A DNA stretch of 64,000 nucleotides from NCBI GenBank assembly GCA_964036045.1, contig OZ038378.1, positions 179,552,001 through 179,616,000 on the forward strand. The letters are read 5' to 3'. Below the pieces are notes generated by a model. It was given only the letters and a program-made list of their open reading frames with translations, was not told the DNA's origin and made no database searches. Shown one piece after another: positions 26,876 through 38,030 of the stretch (its first letter is position 1; each line of letters begins with the position of its first letter). A program made the translations under genes and the position numbers. This DNA is from Eutreptiella sp. 'Long Island Sound 2002' (Eukaryota; Protista; Euglenida).

Positions 26876-27612
26876 GCAGGCACCAACGGTTGAAGCATGC
26901 CGCAGCATGCCGCAGCACACTGAAAATTCGGCTCAGACCAAAATATTGATACCATCTGTGCAGTAGAGAATGATGGTACTCTAGTGGATAGATGAGTGGC
27001 TGTGGTATACAGGTCCCTGATTCAATTCCCAGAGCTGTCAACACGATGTCCTACAGGCAGAGACAGCAAAGGTCCAGGCTGACCTATTTCCCCCCCTGTT
27101 TTTTCTTTCTTGTGGTGTTGTGCTTTGACAGGCCCTTGTTATCTTCACTTTGTCTTCTGATGTCTACTGTTGAACCCACTGCCGAGGGGACAACACAACC
27201 CAAGAGGAACAAGGAGACAACCAGGAGTACCGTTTGCAGTGGGCAATTGGAGAAGGCATTGGGCAGTACCTATGTTGTACAGACACCCAGGGTTTGTGTT
27301 TGATGTGGCGGTTTGCCACCTTTGAAGCTTGTTGGAAAATTAGTTTACCCCCACCAACGGCTTGAAGCATGCCGCAGCATGCCGCAGCACAGCAAATTTT
27401 TCTGGGGGACCGTTGGTGCCTGGTGGTGGGGTGGGGTGGGGTATGGTGTGACCTGGTCTGGGCGATGGCAAGGGCTGTTGTGGGGTAGGGTGCGACCACC
27501 GCCCATCACAGAACACGCAGCCCATGTCACTCACCACACCAACACTCACCAATCTCGCTGGTCCACGTCCCATCCCGCCATGTTGCACCCTCGTCATCCC
27601 CGTTGCACGCAG

Positions 27613-27950
27613 ACGCCAAAGTGGTATACGTGAGTGCCCCAAACCAAAGCAGCCGAGGGGAGCTGAACAGGCGCGGCAGCTACATGCAGCACGGGGGGCC
27701 CGATGACCCATTTCTGACCCTCGACGACGCGATGGAAGCCATCGGCCGGTCCCCGAACGCGACGTTGGTGCTCATGCCGGGGGTGTACCCACAGCTGCTG
27801 ATCGCGAACCCGCCCACGCATTTGACAGTGCAGGCGATGTGGCTGAACGGCACGGATGAGGTAGTGCTGCGGCCACGGCTGGGGCACGTCGGGAGCACGT
27901 TGCGGATCTGCGGTGCCAAGGACTGCCTGGTGAAGGGCCTGCGGATCGAG
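27613..27950 (+). CDS. Gene 1 exon 6: DUF1565/right-handed beta-helix-like cap
   Basis: Acceptor ttgcacgcAG|AC (phase 1). VVYVS...G..DDPFLTLDDAM...TLVLMPGVY matches the 'yVs..G...Pf.Tl..A...ti.v..G.Y' beta-helix N-cap. Donor GAG|GTATGC at 27951 (phase 0). Confidence 0.75.
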
Positions 27951-28479
27951 GTATGCTCCCCGGGGGGCCGACTCTGCAGGTCCTGGGACGCAGATCCCCC
28001 CCCCCTCCCTCCCCAGGGGGCCTCCCGAACCCGGACTCCCCCGGTCACTGCCCCCCCCCCCCCAAAAAAAACCATGGCCTTGTGCCAACCCCCCCCCAGA
28101 GGGGCCCTCGGCCAACCGTTAGTGGGGGCGGGCGGGCCAAACCCGAGGGGTCGGTCCCCCCGTGGTATGCTCTGGATTGAGAGCGACCAGCAGGTGCTTT
28201 ACTCGAAGCCATGGCCCAAGCGTCCGAGGCGTACCCCAAGGCTGCGGCCTTCAACCAACGCTCAACAGCCTGGAGCTGCTTCCCCACGCCCTGGTCTGTT
28301 GGCCAGGCTTGTTTTCCCTTGGTCTACTGGGGCGGGCGGCGAACCACTAGACAGTCACGGGCCAAATCACATCCCCAGCGATGTGGTAGATCAACCCGCC
28401 TATGAGAAAGCAACGGGGGCATTTGGGGGGTATGTTGGTTGTGATATGCCACTAGGTTTTTTGGGGGGGGACTTTTTTT

Positions 28480-29150
28480 GGTGTGAGGTCCACATTCCGT
28501 TGCTTTGTCAGCCTCACCTTGCACCACAGAATGGACTCACTGTACCCTGCTTTCATCCACACAAAACCTGGATGAGGGGAAAGGTTGCCCTCATCAGGGG
28601 TGCTACCAAAGTTTAACCACTTCATTTTGTGGTCCCGAATCAAAAGAGGCTGTTGGTGTTGGTCCAGATGGTTGGACGATGATGCATAGGCCCCTGCCAG
28701 CTGACGGCTGACGTCCCAAAAATAGCAGGTTGCTGCAAACCGGCTGTACGAGGCTTTTTGGCCTTTGTACCAAACTCCTCCCAACTCACCTTCACATAGC
28801 TCACACCCCCAAAGAGCGCTCTTTTGCACACCAAAGGTTTCTGTGGTGCATCGGGGGAAGCAACAGGGCGTTGCATGAATTTGTATGCAGACATGGTAGC
28901 TGCCGGTTGACAAAAAGAGGCAGCAAGCAACAGGGGCACCACCCAAAACGGATGAAAATCTCAGACATGTCGTCAGTACAGCATGCGGACCCAGGGCTTC
29001 CAAATAGCCCTTTTCAAGGGCTTTCCGAAGATACCCCACATACCCCTACCTATCGGACACTCAGTGGACACAAATGAGGCAACAGTGGCACCGATCCCCA
29101 AAAACGCTCCGTGTTGGCATAAATCCTGCCGTCCCCGAGAGATATACCAT
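28480..29150 (-). mobile_element. Decayed interspersed repeat (copy B of 13990-14980)
   Basis: Shared fragments YLSGTAGF, FG.RCHCCLIC, GYLRKALEKGYLE and KQRNVDLT between the two copies. Confidence 0.5.
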
Positions 29151-30203
29151 GGGCACTATGCACATGGTACTGGTGGCGATGGAAAGGGCAAGGGTTAGAT
29201 GCGAATAATAGACACATGAAAGGCATTCGTGCTCTTCCGCCATGTCAATGGCCCAGCCCCTGGCAGCTCATTTGCATCGGCTTATAACGCCTGTTTTGTC
29301 AGGGGCAGCATCAACCATCGGTGAGCTGCAGCACGGACGTTTCCAACTTGGGGGTTCGTGGGTTTGGGGCCGAAAAGTCGCCAGTAGACCTGAGTTCCCA
29401 AATATGGCGAGTAGGGGGAGGGCTGGGGAGGGCTGGGATTGATGGATGGATGACGCAGGCATGGGCTACTCCCTGAGGTACAGGCTGGTGGTTCTCGTTC
29501 CTGCCAGTGTACGCGTCTGACGTTCGGTCTATGGCTTGGCGTTTCGCCTGGGCAATTTCCTAGTTTCCAACTGAAACCCCCTCCACCCCTTCCCCCAGAG
29601 CATCGATCGGTGGGCAATTTAACGCTGGCAGGTCTCCCGACCAGACATACCGCTGTGTGGGGGAGGAGGGGTAGAGGGACGCTGTGGGGCCCTGCGGCAG
29701 ACTGCACGTGTGATACAGTACTAGTAACATGCAATTTTTTTTAGCCACATTCCCATTGTCAAAGAGAATAGGGTGCCGGTATTCTGTAGCACACGGCTAC
29801 CTTAGCCCCATTTCTATTGTGAAAGCAAGTAGGGGTGGCGTGTAACACACAACTACTACATCTACTTGCCTTCACCGGGGGAATGAGGTCCAGGTAGTTG
29901 TGTGCTACATGGTCCCTGAACCTATGCCCAAGGGGGATGGGCTGAAGGTATTTGTGTGTGACCTTCCATTATGGGTATGTCATTAGGGTTTCTATGTGTT
30001 ACGTGTACCCTAACGATATTCCGTTTCTGAATGGAAATGGGATTCAGGTAGTTGTCTGTCACATACCCCCGTCTGAAAGAGATTGTCCCCAGTGCGATTT
30101 GGGATGAACATGCTGAGGGTCTTGAACAATTGAGGACTCTGGGTTTGTGGAGAATGATGGACAGTGTTGAGGGTCGCTTCCCCTTCCCTTTGCACAACTG
30201 CAG

Positions 30204-30387
30204 GGATCCAGCTGCATTGAGGCTTTCCGATGCCCTGGGCTGCGCCTCGAAGCAAACCGGTTCCACGCGGTGGACCAAGTGTACATCAGCGATACGGACC
30301 CGGACGTGTCCATGACAAACAACTCCCTTGAGGAGATAACCCCATCGCTGTGGAACCGGTCGCTGGCATACCGCTGGATCACTGTAG
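30204..30387 (+). CDS. Gene 1 exon 7: beta-helix rungs leading into TM4
   Basis: Acceptor cccttccctttgcacaactgcAG|GGA (phase 0). GSSCIEAFRCPGLRLEANRFHAVDQVYISDTDPDVSMTNNSL...YRWITV. Donor GTAG|GTCATA at 30388 (phase 1). Confidence 0.72.
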
Positions 30388-31670
30388 GTCATATTGCCAT
30401 CTGCCAGACCCAACCCGCAGTGCTGATCCACGATTTGAATGACCCACGTGTGGGTTTTGTGCCTGCAAACGCTAAACTCACAGTCACCAGCGGCACAAGT
30501 GAGCTTTTGAGGATTGTGGCGCAATTTGTCCCCGAGACCAACATGTCATTGCGATGAAAGGAAACAAACCTCCGACCCACACATCGTGCCTGTTGCCACT
30601 GTCGATTGATCGTGCAATGCCTTTCGGTGGAGTGGTCCCTTTCGCAATGTTGCAGTAGAGAGAGGCGATTGTGGCCTTTGGTGACTGGAGGACATGTGAC
30701 ACAAATTGTCCCATGCAGATTGCGTCCCAACACGATGTGTGCTGTTGTATTGGGGGGGTTTGCCGAGCTGGGTTCACCCTGTGGAGGTTTTACAACCCTA
30801 CTTAGGGTCCTGGGTGAGCAACACATTTGAGCAAGCAGCAACAAGCAGGCGCAAGAAAACTCTTTTTGGGGACACTGTGGCTCAAAAATGGCATCCAAGT
30901 AGCTCAAAACAAATGTAGAGCAAGTGCGCATCACTTGCAACAGGTTTTGTGCCATTTCGAGCCGTCTAGCCCGTTCTATGGCCGATTTAGTGTCCAAAAG
31001 TGGCTGTTTTTGGGCTGTTTTCAGGACGACCGTCCTGAAACTTCAGGACGATCGCAGGTGCGTGAAGTAGGCGTCTCCAATGAGGGCCATTTTCCTTCCA
31101 TAGCGGTTGGGCCATCAAACGATTGTAAATGGGTTTTCGATAAGGCATCTTCCACACCGTGGTGCTACACCATGGTCCATTTTGAGGTGAAAACGAGCCC
31201 CTTTTGAGCTGTTTTTCAGGATGATAGTCCTAAACGTGCAGGACCATCTCCAAAGCAAGCCGTTCTTCTTCCACAACAATTTCCTATGCATTGAGCAAGA
31301 CTAGGACCCAGCTCGGTGCTAGTCGTAAGTTTTGATTAGTATTGGATGGTATACGAGTGATGGTGCTGGACCCAGAACGGGTGAAAAATGACTTTTTCCC
31401 AAACCATTCTGGACTGATTAAGGGCAGTAGAAATGGTACCCCGGAGCCCCGATGAAAGTCCCATCTTTCTCCCGCAAAAGTTCAAAAATGTGTTGAATGT
31501 GCATGCGCGCGTGGGTGTGCACAGTCAAGAGTCTACTGCAGTGTGCAGTGTGTGTAGTGTGCAGGTATGGTGGGTCGCACGCTGAGGGCATGCAGTCGTT
31601 CGGTATGGAGTGCAGTAAGTGGGCTGATGTGATGGCTTGTTTGCAGTCACTTTCTCTTCTGCCTGTTCAG

Positions 31671-31822
31671 GATGGATCCTCAATTTGGGATGGCTCCTGC
31701 TGTGCAGCGGATTGATAGTGTGGTTGTCCTTGGGGATCACGACCCGGAAACTGTTTACCTCATGGCTGGTCTACAGCGGCATCGCCATCGCAATCGATTG
31801 GGTGGTGCTGCAAGTTCTCAAG
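31671..31822 (+). CDS. Gene 1 exon 8: TM4-TM5
   Basis: Acceptor ttctcttctgcctgttcAG|GA (phase 1, giving WITV-G-WILNLGWLLLCSGLIVWLSLG...WLVYSGIAIAIDWVVLQVLK). This resembles the polycystin-1-family TM4/TM5 'W..s....d...qplK' segment. Donor AAG|GTACCA at 31823. Confidence 0.75.
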
Positions 31823-31899
31823 GTACCAGTCCTCCAGAGGGCGGGTCAGGGGAAGGGCGAGGTGTCCGCAGGCACTGTAGTAGACACGGGCAGTGTCGA

Positions 31900-32222
31900 G
31901 CGAAGAAAAAGAAACTATGAGCGACACTCTTTTCCAGTCGGTGACTCATCCACAACCCCCACCTCCTCTTCCGCAATGTGCACTGTTGGTGCTGGTTTCG
32001 GGTTGGGTTTGGGTGGTGCTGCAGGTTTTGCTGGGGGTGCAGTGTGTGCATTGCTGCTGCAGTTGGAGCCCAAACTAGAGCTGGAGCAAGCTGAAGTGTG
32101 AAGCCGACCGTCCCCTAATGCTGCTGCGATGTAGACCGTCGCCGTGCCGTGTAAAGGCACGTATGCGCCAAGGGACTGTGGGGGCCAAGAAAAGAATCAT
32201 CAAGTTCGGTGCTTGCGCAAGG
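31900..32222 (-). mobile_element. Partial member of the same TIR family in gene 1 intron 8
   Basis: Minus strand starts ccttgcgcaagcaccg (identical to 58983-58998), followed by a PAKPAAPPKPNPKPAP tract. Confidence 0.5.
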
Positions 32223-32359
32223 CTATGGAATCAAACAAAGGATCTCATCACACAGCTGCACAAAACACCGCGATATGTCCATCTCACCATAATGACAAAT
32301 ATGTGGTATAAAGGACGTAATTGCGTGCAGTCATCTAAAGCACAAGGCGCGCGCGCGCG

Positions 32360-32474
<115 letters not shown>

Positions 32475-33090
32475 GCATAAAGACACGCAAGCACGGACAC
32501 AAACACGCGCATGCACGCGTGCACTCAGAGGCGGGGGAGGGGGCAATCCGGTGGCAGTCACCCCCCACCAATTGCTTTGAGCTCCCTGAATTAGACTTGG
32601 GCAAATGGCAGGACTCAAAGTGAGTGCAAAGCGTCCGAACTGACCTTTTTGATCCCTGTTGGACGGTGAATCAGGGAAAGATTGTATACAACGCCGGTTG
32701 TGGGCGCGGATGGGATACACTGAATGTCAAGAACAACAAAGAAAAGAAACAAAGACAAGACACGAAAAGGCATTTATCTCGCAGCTTGCTTGGGTGTCAG
32801 GCGCTCAATTTCAACCGTGTACATACTGCCGGTTCAAACCCTATCTCTTACTGCACTGCACTCCAGAGTTTCACCATGTGCTCTGTGTGTGTGTGTGTGT
32901 GTGTGTGTGCGCCAGCCCCAGCCCCTCTTTTATCTTCCTCATTGGAAGCAGGTGGCGTCTGAAGGACCTGTGTGAGCGTACCTGAAGGCGCTGGGCACCA
33001 GCTCCCACAAAGCTGTTGTCAACAGTACGTATGCAGCTCCTTTCTGCCGTGGGAGCAACCGGGTAGCCTTTGACGGAAAGGGGGCTGGGG

Positions 33091-33350
33091 AAACCCTCCA
33101 CAACCCTCCACAACCCTCCACAACCCTCCACAACCCTCCACAACCCTCCACAACCCCCCACAACCCTCCGCAACCCTCCACAACCCTCCACAACCCTCCG
33201 CAACCCTCCACAACCCTCCACAACCCTCCACAACCCTCCGCAACCCTCCGCAACCCTCCGCAACCCTCCACAACCCCCACAACCCTCCACAACCCTCCAC
33301 AACCCTCCGCAACCCTCCACAACCCTCCACAACCCTCCACAACCCTGAAC
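33091..33350. repeat. 10-bp minisatellite (CAACCCTCCA/G)n
   Basis: About 26 units. A degenerate reverse-complement relative lies at ~61430-61530. Confidence 0.95.
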
Positions 33351-33513
33351 AAACTTCAACAACCCTCGACATTGCTCAAACCCTCCACACTTCTCCAATG
33401 GAGGAGGAAACCCTCTGCCCGATTGGGGGCTGGCTGGTGGCTGGGACAAATTCACGGCGGCTCGGCGCTCGCGGCGGAGGGGTTTGGCGTTGCGCTGCTG
33501 CGTGCGTTCCAAG

Positions 33514-33576
33514 GGGCTGTTCTTCGCTCTTCAGCGCCCAGTCCGGCAAATGTGGCACAAAGGGCGGAGGTCTTGA
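33514..33576 (+). CDS. Gene 1 putative terminal exon 9 (GLFFALQRPVRQMWHKGRRS*)
   Basis: Phase-0 acceptor gcgttccaAG|GGG gives a plausible hydrophobic-then-basic ending after VLQVLK. Total CDS would be 11,829 nt (3,942 aa). Other endings cannot be excluded. Confidence 0.35.
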   Translation, partial: GLFFALQRPVRQMWHKGRRS

Positions 33577-34124
33577 GGTCGAGGTGCTGAGGCTGGAGGT
33601 GTTCCCCTCCGCGGCCGCCAGTACAGTGCCTCTGCTCCACCGCTTCCCATGCATTCCTCCGTGTGCAGGTTCTTTGGTGCCGCCGGTGGTTCCCGTACCC
33701 TCCCATGACCGTGTTCACCGAGACGCGGCCGCCTGCCTCCGGCTGACCGCCCCCAGGCTCATGTCCCCATCATGCGCACCCACGTCTGTGTGCACGTCCT
33801 CTTCCGGATGATGTGTGCCACAGACCACGGGGATCGATCAAGGGTGGGTCCTGCACCGCCGTGCCCCCGGAAATGACTGAAATGAACCATGACACCATGG
33901 CAGCCCACACGACCTCTATCCCCTGGCAGACACAGTCTGGATGCGCACTGTTTGGAACCAACGTGCGCCTGCCCTGTCATGTGGTTGTCGAGAGAGGTCG
34001 CGCGTGCCTCTGCCGCTGTCGCGTGTCTTTGTTGACCTGCGGCCACCCAGTGCCCCCGGGCAACCAGTGGCACGTGTGTTTCGGTCGCGTGTGCCTGCCG
34101 CGGGTGTGCCTGGTGGGGCTGGGC

Positions 34125-34338
34125 AGGGATGCATTGGAAGAGGGGAAGACTCCCCCCCTCCAGGGCGCCCAGCCTATACCCAGCCACTGTCTCCCTGACG
34201 GCAACTGCCAGTCTCTAAGGCATTTGCAACCGACAGTAACCGCCCCCAATCGCTTTCGCAACATCCTCCAACCGCCTGCCTAACCGCTTCTGGGGCCGCC
34301 TCCGAGGTCCCTTCCATCCCTTCCATTAATGCATCCCT
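34125..34338. mobile_element. ~215-bp MITE with AGGGATGCATT terminal inverted repeats
   Basis: agggatgcatt at 34125 and aatgcatccct at 34328-34338. No clear TSD. Confidence 0.75.
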
Positions 34339-37300
34339 AGAGGCTACGCAATTCTCTGACCTTTTACTGACGCAGCAGGACTCCCTCACATCTGATGCAG
34401 CACTCAGCCCGAACCCGCCAGATCTGAGTGTCTAGGCCAATGCTGCTCATCTCAAACGCAATTGCGCACCTCCCCCGAAGGGCGCCCATCTCGTCATATC
34501 TTGCTTCCTGCTCCAGCCCCTGGGCTACAGTTGGTTGTGTCGTACCCGCCTTTTGTCAATAATATCCTGCGGTGCTCCTGTTCACAAACATGTGCATCTT
34601 CCCTAGCCCTCTTACGGACTGCATGGCCTCCAGTTTTTTGGCCATGCAGAGGGTTTGTGGCGCTGAGCTCGAGCTCAGCCAAGCCCATCCTCCGGGTCTG
34701 CCACGCTACTCTCGGATGGCCTCTGCACACAGGCTACCGGGGCCATCAGCGTCTGGTGAACGGGCCCGTCCTTGAGCGTCGGCCCAGTCTGGGGGACGAC
34801 TTGTGGCGAGCTGCAGTCGCGTTGGTTCTGGTTTGCCCCTGCGCCCTGTTGAGTGCGGATGGTGGCCTGGCGAACAAAGGGGCTGCTGTCGCGCGATTCG
34901 GGAGAGGGAGGGGGCTCGCGGCCGGTTTTCTGGACGCAAATGGCGCATCTGGTATGTACCGTGGGACTATAGCCCTGCCGACAGGGTTCATGAAGTGCTG
35001 GTGGTGGGGTGGGCAATGGAGTCGGTTTTTGGCTTTTGGTTGAAGGCATGGACCTCCCGGGGGGGGGGTGTGCTTTCTGTGTACCTTCCAAACCGGAAGT
35101 CGCTTGTTCCCCTATGGACAACAGTGTGGCATCCACAGCACAAACATTGAGGAACGTGCCACAACTTTTGAGGCATGTCGGGGCTTTTCCCAACAATGAC
35201 ACCATCCCAATCCTCTACTGAATGTGTCTTTGAAGGCGTTCAGCCAGCGCGTTGAGCGATCTCTACACGGAATTCGTTTCATGGTCTTGCATTGTGTAGC
35301 ACCCATTTTTCACCAGTGATGTGGAGTTACGCCGAAACTCGGAAGCAGTGCAATCGAGCCCATGACAATGCCCTGCAGCATGACATTGCGGCGCCCGGTA
35401 CCGCATCCCCTGTCTTACCCCCTTGAGCAGAGTTCTTCCGCTCACAAGCAATTGGCAAAGAATCGCGCTTGCAGTAACAAGACCACAAGGAGGCCAACCG
35501 CAAACAGTCTACAAGGCACGAGGCACAAAGGCTGCAACGGCAGAAGTTGTGCATTTGTGGTTGTGTGCGGGTCAACAGGGTAGTCTGATGTTCTGTTCCA
35601 TGGGGCGGGTCCGGTCAGGGGGCTCCCTGGGCCAGACTTTGGATCAGGTTCTGTAAGTTCCTGCGCTGAAGGCGCTAAGAAATGGTTTTTCGGGCCAAGA
35701 ATTGTTGAAAAATTGGAATCAAGACCCACGACGACGGGACCCCCTCGCAAGACCCAACCTCCTCGTCATGCCTTCCAAATTTCCCTCAATTTTGGGGCCT
35801 GGGTGACGCCCCGGGCCGTTTTGGTTGGGTTTGGGGTCCCGCCCACTGAGCCCTTTTTTTTTGGTTGGGCACCTGTGTTTTTTGTGTGGTGCTTGATCCA
35901 CACTGTGTAGTGTACTGCCGGAGGTGTCTGCGGGCATTGAATCACTAGCACGCCCAGACGTTCCTGAGAGGACAGGATGATTTTTCTTGGTTACGGAAAG
36001 TCTGGGACCGTCGCCGCCGATGAACCGCCAACCGCTGGCGCTGAACGGCCAACTGCCGACGAGTAACTGAGTGGTAATCGCATAGCCTAGTGGCCATGGG
36101 CCCACTCCCTGGACGTACTGTCCTGCCAGTCCCACCCAATGATATGACAAGGAGGTCCTGAGATGGGTCGCGTTCGCACCTGGAGGGGCTGCCCCAGACC
36201 GCCTCGTTGAGCTTCTAGGTACAACCAACCCACTGGTCACTCCCGTCTCCCCACCACGTGGATGTGAGGACGCCCTTTGGTACCCTCTTCGGCTCTGAGT
36301 TGGGGCGTCCCGGGTAAGGGTGTGTGGGACGCAGCCAGCCGGAACGTCTTCAGGGGCGGTGTCATTTGTACCCACAACACTCTCAGTGTATGCGTGAGGT
36401 GGAGCGCAGAGGGTTCGTCAAAGGTCAGTCACGAGACCAGCCTTTGCTGTAGTGGGCGGCCGATCACCGTGCACTAGTCTTCCTCCTCCTCGTCCTCCTC
36501 GTCCTCGTCCTCGTCCTCCTCCTCCTCTTCCTCCCAGGCGGCAAAACTGTCCTAAAAAACTGTCCTCCAGATTCGGAGTTCTTACAGCTACCCTCTGCTT
36601 GCAAGCGTGCTGCAGGGGAGGTACATGCTCCGAAACCCCAAACTGCTGATGGGTGACTGCCAACTGCTGACGGTTGATTGGTCAACCGATGACCAGTTGA
36701 CGGTTGTTTGTATTTGTCTCAGGGCGTTCTCTCTGTTCGCTTGGTCAGGGGTAGGACTAGTGTGAGGGTTAGGGTTGGTGTTACGGTCAGCGCGAGGTTT
36801 AGCGCCAGTAATTCTATGACCACCCCTGGAAATTGGTGCACCAAAACCATCATCAGCAAACCAGACCAGGGCCCTCCCCTAAGTCCGAGGTCCTGAGTCG
36901 GATGGGCACAGCTCAGAAGTACTATAAAGGCGAGAAGGTGCCATCCGGATGCAGCGGCAGTACCATTCCAGGCCCACTGCTGCACATTTGGGGCTGGGGG
37001 GAGTGGGATGTCCACTGGCAGACTTCCCCAGTCTCAAGAGCCACGTAGCAGGTCAGCACTGTGTTCCCTGTGGTCTGGTGGCCTGGATCCGAGCTGTGCA
37101 GCATGTCTTTGGCTGTGCACCGGCGCCAATGTGTCTCTGACAAATGGACTTCAATAGCTGTGGAAGTTATCTGAGCGCAGACACTCCACTGACCTTTACA
37201 TAGAGCCCTCCATGCCACTGGTCAGGACCATGATTTGACACGTGTGTGTATTTGTGTGTGTCTGTGTGCCATCTGACCCAGATCCACCCGAATATGCCTT

Positions 37301-37727
37301 GCCCGGGCCCCCGCTCTCAACAGAAAGGCACCTAGTCACATGATTTTCATTGTTCGTATGGCCTGATGAGGTGTTTGGAGACCAGTGTGCTGCGATCGTC
37401 TGCCCTGCTGTGCATTGTCCACACTGGGTTTCTTGGTCGTTGGTTCAGTGGTTTCCCTCACGTCGTGTGTCTGTGTGTGACAGGTTTCACTGCATCTGGC
37501 TCGGGCCGAGTCACTGCTGGCCTCCAGCCCCAAGTCTTCCTACCGCCTGGCAGCCTGTGACCCTCTGATAGGTCCGCTTCTCAAATAGCAGGTGTCATCA
37601 ATATAGCGATTGGACGCATCTGCAACCCAGCCCAACCCCTGCGGCCGTCCATACTGCATTTCTGCAGTGAGCCAGGTTCTGACCTCAATACAACTCTGGC
37701 GGAGGATCACAAGGGGAAAGCCCTATC

Positions 37728-38030
37728 CAGGGCTCCTTTTAACATGGTGTGTGTGTGGGGTGGGGGGTGGGGGGGGGGTTGCTTCTGTCTCCTTGGGGGA
37801 CAGAAGGCGATGACAGTCGCGGGGCAGGCGTGGCCAGAGCCTAATGCGGACACTGCAACCTGACCATATTGAGGCCCCCTTGGAGGCCAAATTTTCTTCC
37901 GGCCTTTGGCCAATCAAAAATTTTCTTTGGAGCCTTTGGCGCCAATTAGTTTAGACCGAAAATTTTTTTCGGCGCCTTTAAAAACTCAGCACGACTGGGG
38001 GTTGGACCCCCCCCCCCCCCCCAAAGGCCT
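37728..38030. mobile_element. CAGGG-type MITE, copy 1
   Basis: Begins cagggctccttttaa. Shares ggcgccaattagtttagacc..aaaactcagcac..ggacccccc with 49645-49816, which ends ttaaaaggagccctg (the reverse complement of that start). Confidence 0.6.

Noticed and set aside
25974-27044. HHTTP / CGVVW / VWCG repeat ORFs
   Set aside because: Translation of the pentamer satellite in an intron.
28184-28315. Candidate extra exon between gene 1 exons 6 and 7
   Set aside because: It has no polypyrimidine tract and lies next to repeat sequence; exons 6 and 7 already join in phase with a continuous beta-helix pattern.
31823-32101. Read-through of exon 8 as the gene 1 C-terminus
   Set aside because: The sequence beyond the GT at 31823 is the antisense of a KPA-tract TIR element. 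Not fully excluded without cDNA.
32780-32845. Second tRNA-like element (GGTTCAAACCC at ~32831)
   Set aside because: The A-box is poor, there is no cloverleaf and no terminator; similar weak B-box hits at ~53070 and ~15560 were also dropped.
32871-33512. VEGCGGLWR / PQPSTTLHN repeat ORFs
   Set aside because: Translation of the 10-bp minisatellite.
36755-36800. TTAGGG-like interstitial telomere sequence
   Set aside because: Only one or two degenerate units; indistinguishable from hexamer noise.
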